IMG/VR virus record: IMGVR_UViG_3300031627_000680
Coordinates: 1-24,084 of that record
DNA: 24,084 nucleotides
Source: a virus
Taxonomy: Duplodnaviria > Caudoviricetes
Direction: 5' to 3' (one strand)
A program made the translations under genes and the position numbers. Below, in pieces: positions 17,896 to 24,084 of this stretch; position 1 is the stretch's first letter; each line of letters opens with the position of its first letter. The notes beneath the pieces are model-generated. The model saw only the letters and a program-made list of their open reading frames with translations. It was not told where the DNA came from and did not search any database.

Positions 17896-17925
17896 AAAAA
17901 AAGGGAATCTTAATGATTCCCTTTT
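17896..17925 (-). terminator. Rho-independent terminator closing the late block
   Basis: Minus strand AAAAGGGAATC-ATTAA-GATTCCCTTTTTTT: perfect stem followed by a 7-U run; may also act on the plus strand (4 U). Confidence 0.88.
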
Positions 17926-17939
17926 GCCAAGGATGTTCT

Positions 17940-18269
17940 TTAGCTGAACATTCGTATGATCTTAACGATTTCAACCCCTGCATTAATCGCCTCTTCTACC
18001 ATTACTTCGGTATCATCAGCCAGGTCTTCTAATCCAAATTCGTCCTTGGCATATTGCACCAATTCTGCGAATTCATCATCGTCTAGGTCTTGTAGTTCAA
18101 CTAAAATATCTTCAATATTATCAATAGCTGGTCCCAACTTTTTTAAAGGCTCAATAAAATCCAGAGCATCTGACCAACCGATATCACCGTCTTCCATTGC
18201 CGAAGCCGTTGCTTTTCCAAATGAAAACACAAAAGCTAAAACGTCTTTTGTCTCTTGTATTCCTGCCAT
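17940..18269 (-). CDS. Acidic helical hypothetical protein
   Basis: 109 aa, AAAGG SD-like sequence upstream, last gene before the terminator. Confidence 0.75.
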   Translation of the reverse strand: MAGIQETKDVLAFVFSFGKATASAMEDGDIGWSDALDFIEPLKKLGPAIDNIEDILVELQDLDDDEFAELVQYAKDEFGLEDLADDTEVMVEEAINAGVEIVKIIRMFS

Positions 18270-18290
18270 AATTACCTTTCTAATTTAATT

Positions 18291-19079
18291 CTAAACTGAT
18301 ATATTTTGAGATGGGAAAACTCTTAAATGTTCCTTAATGCCTTTTCTAGCTAAAATAGGCATAGCATCACCTTTTTTCTTCTTTTTTCTAACAGGTGGAT
18401 CATCACCTGCTTCAGCAGAACCCGCGATTCCACCTGCTCCCATTGACATTGCGGGAGCGTCTTCAATTACTTCGTCTTCGGGTTCATAGTTTGCACCTAA
18501 AGTTGTCATTACAGGTATGATTGCTGACAAATACATTTGTATTTTAAGTGGATCTAAACCCATTGACTGAGCAGTTGATATTGCATGCTGTGCTTTTTTA
18601 TCATTCATATTTCTATGAATATCTTTAAATTTTGCTACTAGATTTTCATCAACTGTTTCTTCAATTAAAAATGTCTGGTCGGGATCATTCATATCCAGTT
18701 GCCATTCACAGCACATATCTTCATAAAGAATTAAAAATTCCTCTTCCAATAACTTTTCATCTTGAAGCAATTTTAAAGCATTTTCTTCTTTAAGTAATAA
18801 CAATGCAGCAGCATAAGTTGCTATTCTTGATTTTCCACCTGGTGCGAGAGCTAACAACCTTTTTAAATTGAAAATAAGCGTATCCATCATTGTATAGGCA
18901 TCGCGTTGATCTTGAGTGATAAATTTTCTTTTCTTAATAAGATTTTTACCATTCTTATCAATAATACCTAATGCAAACGCTTTTGTTTTTTCAAAGGGTG
19001 TTACTAGGCGCTTTAAAAAGGAAAATAGAAAGAATAAATCTGAACCTTGAGTTAAAGCTGATCTTAATCCTATAGGCAT
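18291..19079 (-). CDS. Conserved hypothetical (probably virion/internal) protein of T4-like phages
   Basis: FLKRLVTPFEKTKAFALGIIDKNGK...NLKRLL N-domain and IEDAPAMSMGAGGIAG...DPPVRKKKK tail, recalled from marine T4-like hypotheticals. Confidence 0.75.
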   Translation of the reverse strand: MPIGLRSALTQGSDLFFLFSFLKRLVTPFEKTKAFALGIIDKNGKNLIKKRKFITQDQRDAYTMMDTLIFNLKRLLALAPGGKSRIATYAAALLLLKEENALKLLQDEKLLEEEFLILYEDMCCEWQLDMNDPDQTFLIEETVDENLVAKFKDIHRNMNDKKAQHAISTAQSMGLDPLKIQMYLSAIIPVMTTLGANYEPEDEVIEDAPAMSMGAGGIAGSAEAGDDPPVRKKKKKGDAMPILARKGIKEHLRVFPSQNISV

Positions 19080-19462
19080 CTTAACTGCTTTATTACGAGT
19101 TTATCTAATTGTATATCACTATCTCGGATATCTCTACCCTTGACACCGTAAATAATTTTGGGCATCAGTTTTAAATAAATTAAAAAAGGTTTTAATATTG
19201 CCCAACTATTTTCTTCAATTTTATAAAATAATATTCGCGTGCCTGATTCATTATCAAATAAATTATATATCATAATCAAATGATTGAGAATCAATCTTTC
19301 TTTTAACTCACCCGACGCCAAATAATGATTTAAATGTCTTTTCAGATATTTAAATCTTTTCATATCATCACCATAATCCTCTGTACTTATACATTGAGGA
19401 TTATCATAATGTTGCATGCAGAAAAGATCAATATTATTTTCATTAATATCTTCAAAACGCAT
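19070..19462 (-). CDS. Conserved hypothetical protein of T4-like phages
   Basis: HYDNPQC...DDMKRFKYLKR...GELKERLILNHLI...LKPFLIYL. Confidence 0.8.
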   Translation of the reverse strand: MRFEDINENNIDLFCMQHYDNPQCISTEDYGDDMKRFKYLKRHLNHYLASGELKERLILNHLIMIYNLFDNESGTRILFYKIEENSWAILKPFLIYLKLMPKIIYGVKGRDIRDSDIQLDKLVIKQLRCL

Positions 19463-19751
19463 GCATGTCGTCTTCTAGAACTCCTGTAAGTTCTTGATTC
19501 TCAATTGTAGGTTTAGCCGGCTTTTCACTTTCAACTTTTTTCTTCGTCTTTTGAGCTTCTGCCTTCTTTACCTTATCCTTATCAAACATAGTCAAATAGT
19601 GTTTAGATACCTGTATAGCGCCGTTAAGAGAAGCAAGTGTTGCCTGAAGTGTTTTTTCTTCTGACCTCACTGCTTCTATTCTCTCATGGACACTTTGAAT
19701 ATCTTTTTCTAAAAAACCTATTTGCTTTTCAATATCTTCACGTTTAAACAT
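19452..19751 (-). CDS. Small coiled-coil protein (paralog of 21444..21668)
   Basis: Heptad pattern ending LNGAIQVSKHYL. Confidence 0.75.
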   Translation of the reverse strand: MFKREDIEKQIGFLEKDIQSVHERIEAVRSEEKTLQATLASLNGAIQVSKHYLTMFDKDKVKKAEAQKTKKKVESEKPAKPTIENQELTGVLEDDMHAF

Positions 19752-19771
19752 AATTTCCCATTATTTAATTA

Positions 19772-20497
19772 TTAAGCAATACCATCCCAAAGTAAAAGAT
19801 ACTTAGTGACACCTGAAACTGAGCATTTAATTGCACCATTTGCAGGAGCGGTATAAGAACCAGATGTATTAGCACCTGTAGTTAAAAAAGGCCCAACATT
19901 AGCACCTGCTGATGCACCATAACCACCGGTGGGTGCACAATCAATAGCATACGAAACATTTTGTGAAGCGCCTGTCAAAGTTGCCGCTACATCCATTTTA
20001 AGAAATGCTGTAGGTGAAGCACTTGGAGCAGCTGCGCTGTTTGCATGCGATGCAATAATACAATAAGATCTTCCAGCTGAAGAATCAGAACTATCATATG
20101 TATTAAGATCTAAAATACCTTTAACAGCTGAAACTTCAGAAGTAAAAGCAACATTGGCATCATGAATCTTTGCTGTTGCAGCAGATGCAGTTAATGTTGC
20201 AACATTACCTTGTGCCAATCCTGTTGCTTTGACGTCAACAGTGGTGTGTGAAGTAACAATGCTATTAAAAATATTTGCTGAAGAAGGGGCCAAATTAGCA
20301 GTATGCAGAGTTGTATGAATCATCTCTGTTGTTGCTTGTGTGGTTCCGGTAATCGTATGTGTTACATTTCCGAAAAATGATTTAACGGTTAATTTTTTAT
20401 TAACCGGAGATCCAGAAGGATCATCAATTATATGTAATAAATCTTCACTTGCGCTTTCTGAAGCTGCAGTTAAAGCTGTAATTTTCTTATCGGCCAT
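19772..20497 (-). CDS. Virion fibre/decoration-like protein B
   Basis: Ala/Ser/Thr-rich beta-type body; N-terminus MADKKITAL...[18 protein letters not shown]; SD AAGGAG. Confidence 0.7.
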   Translation of the reverse strand: MADKKITALTAASESASEDLLHIIDDPSGSPVNKKLTVKSFFGNVTHTITGTTQATTEMIHTTLHTANLAPSSANIFNSIVTSHTTVDVKATGLAQGNVATLTASAATAKIHDANVAFTSEVSAVKGILDLNTYDSSDSSAGRSYCIIASHANSAAAPSASPTAFLKMDVAATLTGASQNVSYAIDCAPTGGYGASAGANVGPFLTTGANTSGSYTAPANGAIKCSVSGVTKYLLLWDGIA

Positions 20498-20590
20498 CGC
20501 GTATCTCCTTGCTGGCTTTTGTAGTGGGACTCACCACCAGTTAAAATCATGCTGAGAATCGCTCTTGCGAAGGGTCTTCCTCAGACATCC
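20498..20590 (-). promoter_or_regulatory. GC-rich structured 5' leader candidate (two bulged hairpins before the SD)
   Basis: 47 of 93 bases G/C; CTGAGGA/TTCTCAG stem with inner TCGC-AAGA-GCGA; CTGG/CCAG stem with inner TGGTG-AGTCC-CACTA. Confidence 0.55.
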
Positions 20591-20593
20591 AAA

Positions 20594-20605
20594 TATTTAT
20601 TTATG
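20594..20605 (-). promoter_or_regulatory. Late promoter candidate (CATAAATAAATA, two overlapping NATAAATA)
   Basis: Overlaps the TAA stop of fibre A, directly upstream of the structured leader. Confidence 0.55.
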
Positions 20606-21443
20606 ACACTAATCCTAAGCGTGTCAATTCTGTTATAATGTGTGCGGCTGTTGATGCACCTGCCACAAAAGTAGAATTAGCTGCAACAGGAGTTGTACCA
20701 TAAAAACCAACTATATCAGTTGCAGTTCCTATTTGTAATCCGCCAACAAATCTAATAACGGAAGTATTAGCAGATATATACATATCTTTTTCTGTTCCAT
20801 CTTCAAATGCCATATCTATTCCAGATTCTAATTGCAAATTGCCTGTTTCAGAGAATTTACTTGTAAAAGAACCATTGTCAGGAACACTATCTTCAACTAA
20901 TATGCTTCCTTGAAAATCAATTCTTGATTCTACTAATCCAACAATTTGCCACCGATCTGTTGATTTATGACCTGTAGATGTATCAAACTTAATACTAACA
21001 CCATTTGCTAATGCTTGAGTAGCACCAGTAATTGATACTGTAGTTGCTCCTGTAGATGTATTACCATCTCTCCACCATTTGAAAGTATCATTTGCTGAAA
21101 CAGAAGTACCATCAATTTCTACATGCCATACAGTATTTTCTGCCATGTCTAAAGTTCCCAAAATAACTGTTAAATCATTTTGTTCACCTTTAAGAATGTC
21201 TGGTTGTAAAACAGTCTTAGCATTTCGTAAATTTAAATCCCTTGCAATATTCGTATCTGCCCTAGACTGAACTTTATTTGAAACACTTCTAGTTGTCGTA
21301 TCTGTAGAAAGTGCTGATAATAAAGTGTCCACACGGATTTTCTTATTTACAGGATTTCCGGAAGGATCATCAACAATAATTAATAAATCTTCCGCCGTGG
21401 GACTATCATGTGTATTTAAAGCGGGAATTGTTTTATCTGCCAT
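20601..21443 (-). CDS. Virion fibre/decoration-like protein A
   Basis: N-terminus MADKTIPAL...EDLLIIVDDPSGNPVNKK shared with protein B; internal beta domain DTFKWW...ITGATQAL.NGVSIKF...TGH...DRW; C-terminal VGFYGTTP...IITELTRLGLV. Confidence 0.7.
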   Translation of the reverse strand: MADKTIPALNTHDSPTAEDLLIIVDDPSGNPVNKKIRVDTLLSALSTDTTTRSVSNKVQSRADTNIARDLNLRNAKTVLQPDILKGEQNDLTVILGTLDMAENTVWHVEIDGTSVSANDTFKWWRDGNTSTGATTVSITGATQALANGVSIKFDTSTGHKSTDRWQIVGLVESRIDFQGSILVEDSVPDNGSFTSKFSETGNLQLESGIDMAFEDGTEKDMYISANTSVIRFVGGLQIGTATDIVGFYGTTPVAANSTFVAGASTAAHIITELTRLGLVS

Positions 21444-21668
21444 TTACTTTTCTTCCAATTCAGGGACCTTGACCTCTTTAGATTCAGCGGTTTGTAATAA
21501 TGCACTACACGCTTGTATAGCTCCATCATAGCTATGTATGCCACGTTTAGCATTCTCAATTTCGCTCTTTAACTGAGAAAGCCGCAATTCAAGCGCGCCC
21601 TTCTCAGTTTTATAAGTTTGCTGTTGTTGCAATATTTGGGCAACATTAACATTTTCAATATATTCCAT
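21444..21668 (-). CDS. Small coiled-coil protein (paralog of 19452..19751)
   Basis: Heptad pattern ending YDGAIQACSALL. Confidence 0.75.
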   Translation of the reverse strand: MEYIENVNVAQILQQQQTYKTEKGALELRLSQLKSEIENAKRGIHSYDGAIQACSALLQTAESKEVKVPELEEK

Positions 21669-21683
21669 AATATCAGTTAACTA

Positions 21684-22253
21684 TTAAGTTACAGTTAATG
21701 TAACTGCAGTTAATCCTGAAAGAACTAATAAAGCAACTGTTGCTCCATCGGTTGTATCTTTAATTGTACCACTATTTAGTGCCACATTAGATCCACCCAA
21801 TGTAAGAACATCGCTTGTTGCAACTGTTTGACTTGCTACGCTGAAAGTGAGTCTGTTTGTTCCAGAACCTGAAGCGTATGAAGCTGTATGTGGTCCTCGA
21901 CCAGATCCGGATCCTTGGTTACCATTTGCAATAGCAACTTGTGGTGTTCCGGTAACTGTAACTCTTTCATCCCAAGTAACCTGAACAGATACTGTTCGTG
22001 ATCCACCTGTGATAGCTGACGCAGTAAACCTCATTGATGTAACAGAGGGTGCTGCAAGTGTTGTACCTAGACTTCCCATAGCAACTAAAATTTCAGGGGC
22101 TGCACCAGAATTCTTACTGGCTTTAGTATTAATGACCCATCCTTCGTTAGTCCCATAGACATCTTGTTTATTGTATACTGCACCTTCTGTGGTACCAATC
22201 CATTTTGGTTTTTGTGCTTGTGTACCAGCTGCGGCTTTTCCCCATAAAGGCAT
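21684..22253 (-). CDS. Virion structural/decoration protein with Ig-like C-terminal domain
   Basis: MPLWG...KPKW...GWV...EILVA N-module, then VTWDERVTVTGTPQV...YASGSGTNRLTF...LNSGTIKD; late promoter and AAGGAG SD upstream. Confidence 0.75.
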   Translation of the reverse strand: MPLWGKAAAGTQAQKPKWIGTTEGAVYNKQDVYGTNEGWVINTKASKNSGAAPEILVAMGSLGTTLAAPSVTSMRFTASAITGGSRTVSVQVTWDERVTVTGTPQVAIANGNQGSGSGRGPHTASYASGSGTNRLTFSVASQTVATSDVLTLGGSNVALNSGTIKDTTDGATVALLVLSGLTAVTLTVT

Positions 22254-22276
22254 TATGTCTCCTTATTAATTTTGAA

Positions 22277-22284
22277 TATTTATA
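22277..22284 (-). promoter_or_regulatory. T4-type late promoter TATAAATA
   Basis: Exact consensus overlapping the upstream TAA stop, ~24 nt before the ATG at 22253, SD in between. Confidence 0.82.
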
Positions 22285-23023
22285 TCAACTTTTTAAACTC
22301 ATTTATAGATATAGTATCTATATTAGAAATATCTTTATTAAAACATCGTTCTTCCTGAACATGTATAAAGTCAATTTCAGGAAAATAATCAGTAAACATT
22401 GTTTCAAAATTCTGAATCCACCCTGCCGCTTTCACTGGCAACGCATAACTAGGAGCATAACAATCAGTGTCTTTATATATATTGTTTACTTTTCCATCAT
22501 TTATGTTAAAATCGAACGCCATTAAATAAACCTTGTCGGGCTTTTCTGTCTCACAACATATCCAAGTCGCAAGTGGTCCGGAATCTAACAAAGGTATATG
22601 TTTTAAATCATCTACCACATTTATTTTATCATGCTTATCTACCCATGTAAACCAATGACAAGGCTCTGCTAGCAAATCCATTGTATGGGTATCATCATGA
22701 AAAACTCTACTAATCTCTTGTCCGTAATAGGCGAATTTATAATCTGTTTTCTCATTCTCTATTACTTTTATATCAGGTGTTAGTGTTGACCTGAAAACTG
22801 GATACATATCAGGATCCAGTAACTGAAAGTTCCTAAACCAACATTGGTTTAATTTAGGATATTGTGATTCTACCAACTCATGTAACATTTTATTATCAAT
22901 GCATATAAGATTGGTTGGTGTCCAATCTCTATACATCGCATTACAACCATATGTCGTATGATCTAATAACAAATTAAGATCAAAATCTTTACGACTTTCA
23001 CCATTCCCAATCACTATATACAT
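22280..23023 (-). CDS. GT42/CstII-Maf(DUF115)-like putative glycosyltransferase
   Basis: IVIGNGESR, YGCNAMYRD, DSG..A, KVYLMAFD resemble the GNGPS / CN / IYLxGxD motifs of CstII and Maf-type folds. Confidence 0.55.
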   Translation of the reverse strand: MYIVIGNGESRKDFDLNLLLDHTTYGCNAMYRDWTPTNLICIDNKMLHELVESQYPKLNQCWFRNFQLLDPDMYPVFRSTLTPDIKVIENEKTDYKFAYYGQEISRVFHDDTHTMDLLAEPCHWFTWVDKHDKINVVDDLKHIPLLDSGPLATWICCETEKPDKVYLMAFDFNINDGKVNNIYKDTDCYAPSYALPVKAAGWIQNFETMFTDYFPEIDFIHVQEERCFNKDISNIDTISINEFKKLI

Positions 23024-23028
23024 ATTTT

Positions 23029-24084
23029 TTAATGGTAATCTTTTCCTAAAGGTTCTGCTGGTCTGGGTGAGGCATATGAATATGCATCTCCGACGCGACT
23101 AACTGTTCCTGCTTCTACCATATCGTCCAACATTTTTTGTACTTGCTGTGGACTACACTTCAATGCTCGTGCAATTGAAGTCGCGGAAGCGGGTGCGTCA
23201 TCAGAAGCAAATTCAGCTCCAACCGGATTTGCCTGCTTCACACTTCCGAAAGAACTACCTGCTAGGTATTCTAATATTGAAGTGTCAAGTTTTATGTCTT
23301 TAGATTCTTCTGTTTTTTTCTCTTTGTATTTACGTACAAAAGAAACTCCTGCACTTTCTTTCACCGTTGGCTCCGTTTTTACTGTATTATTAACTTTTCC
23401 TGTTTCTTTAATTTTAGATCCGATATCATCAGTATCTTCTTCTTCTTTTTTTGCTTCATCTGTATGAGCAAAATCAGGCTCCGAATCTTTTTTACTACGA
23501 TTCGCAATCATTTCTTTAGCCTTTTCATATGCAAGTTTTTTTAGTTTTTCTTTAAATACTCTACGTCTTGCATCAATTGTTTCAGGTACTTCTTCAACAT
23601 CTTCTAATGCGGCATGTGCTATACCAACCAATTTAGAACGCATAGTTGATGGTCCTCCATCTTTTTTAACTGTAGGATCATCTGTTTCTCTAGATCGAGC
23701 AATAGCTTGTTGCTTCTTTTTTGCTGCTCTTTCTTTTTCTGATTGTGCCATTCGTTGATCTTGTTCTTTATCATTTACATTAGATTGCGTTTCACGGTCT
23801 TGATCAGCTTTATTAGCATCTGATTGATTATCTTGATTTGTCCCAGCAGCCTTTTTTGCATTATCAGCTTTATTCTTATCTGCAATTTTTTCTCCTTCGG
23901 ATTTTGCTTCATCTAGCTCATCATCTTCATCAATAATTGAACCAGCTGCTTTTTCTAAATCCTCTAACTCACATTCATCTGCTAATCTTTGTACTTCAGG
24001 TGAAGGGGCATCTATTGTTCCCATCTTAGTAGCATATGCAAGAGCAACTAATCTACGTTCTGGTGTTTTAATTAAACGTTCCCC
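23029..24084 (-). CDS. Highly charged putative internal head protein with C-terminal winged HTH; 5' end lies outside the window
   Basis: Frame stays open upstream of the track start 24024 to the window edge (GERLIKTPERRLVALAYATK-MGT...); low-complexity D/E/K/Q; ends ASATSIARALKCSPQQVQKMLDDMVEAGTVSRVG. Confidence 0.7.
   Translation of the reverse strand, partial: GERLIKTPERRLVALAYATKMGTIDAPSPEVQRLADECELEDLEKAAGSIIDEDDELDEAKSEGEKIADKNKADNAKKAAGTNQDNQSDANKADQDRETQSNVNDKEQDQRMAQSEKERAAKKKQQAIARSRETDDPTVKKDGGPSTMRSKLVGIAHAALEDVEEVPETIDARRRVFKEKLKKLAYEKAKEMIANRSKKDSEPDFAHTDEAKKEEEDTDDIGSKIKETGKVNNTVKTEPTVKESAGVSFVRKYKEKKTEESKDIKLDTSILEYLAGSSFGSVKQANPVGAEFASDDAPASATSIARALKCSPQQVQKMLDDMVEAGTVSRVGDAYSYASPRPAEPLGKDYH

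Noticed and set aside
20549-20590. Hammerhead ribozyme (CUGAGGA fits CUGANGA)
   Set aside because: No GAAA after a stem II and no stem I/III arrangement; CUGAGGA pairs better with UUCUCAG.
23060-23290. Z-alpha (Z-DNA binding) domain
   Set aside because: wHTH spacing is similar, but the diagnostic Asn, Tyr and Trp residues are absent (QKMLD instead of NRVLY).
3668-23467. Short plus-strand ORFs in the track (e.g. 3668, 3762, 5053, 5695, 5858, 6783, 7767, 8307, 9912, 11324, 15221, 17956, 20340, 21079, 21325, 22205, 23282) and minus-strand ORFs within 12431-12801 and at 13445
   Set aside because: Shadows of well-supported genes on the other strand or frame, without motifs.
1-24084. Bacterial chromosomal LPS or secondary-metabolite locus
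   Set aside because: gp61-type primase, T4 RNase H, T4-like hypotheticals, late promoters and gene density indicate a phage genome.

Overview
AT-rich (~32% GC by eye), densely packed segment of a T4-like myovirus genome whose gene content resembles marine or aquatic T4-like phages. Almost every gene is on the minus strand, so transcription runs right to left. (1) Late/virion block, ~24084-17940: an acidic internal-head-like protein, a GT42/Maf-like glycosyltransferase candidate, an Ig-domain decoration protein, two paralogous fibre-like proteins each paired with a small coiled-coil protein, and conserved hypotheticals, closed by an intrinsic terminator. (2) Replication/nucleotide block behind sigma70-type promoters: gp61 primase, ThyX, class II (B12) ribonucleotide reductase, HAD nucleotidase, RuvC-like resolvase. 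(3) A tightly overlapping sugar cassette: pyruvyltransferase-like, GT4, HxGH nucleotidyltransferase, HddA-like heptose kinase, GmhA-like isomerase. (4) RNase H, SleB-like hydrolase, FmdB-like zinc ribbon, PD-(D/E)xK exonuclease. (5) An epimerase, radical SAM, halogenase, unknown, minimised halogenase cluster behind a perfect T4 late-promoter octamer. Best leads: a non-canonical hybrid NDP-heptose pathway, an apparently late-expressed halogenase/radical SAM cluster, and a GC-rich structured leader between the duplicated fibre genes. Together they suggest, by inference only, phage-encoded chemical decoration of the virion. No tRNA, rRNA, CRISPR array or mobile element was seen. All family calls come from recognising motifs by eye; no database search was run.
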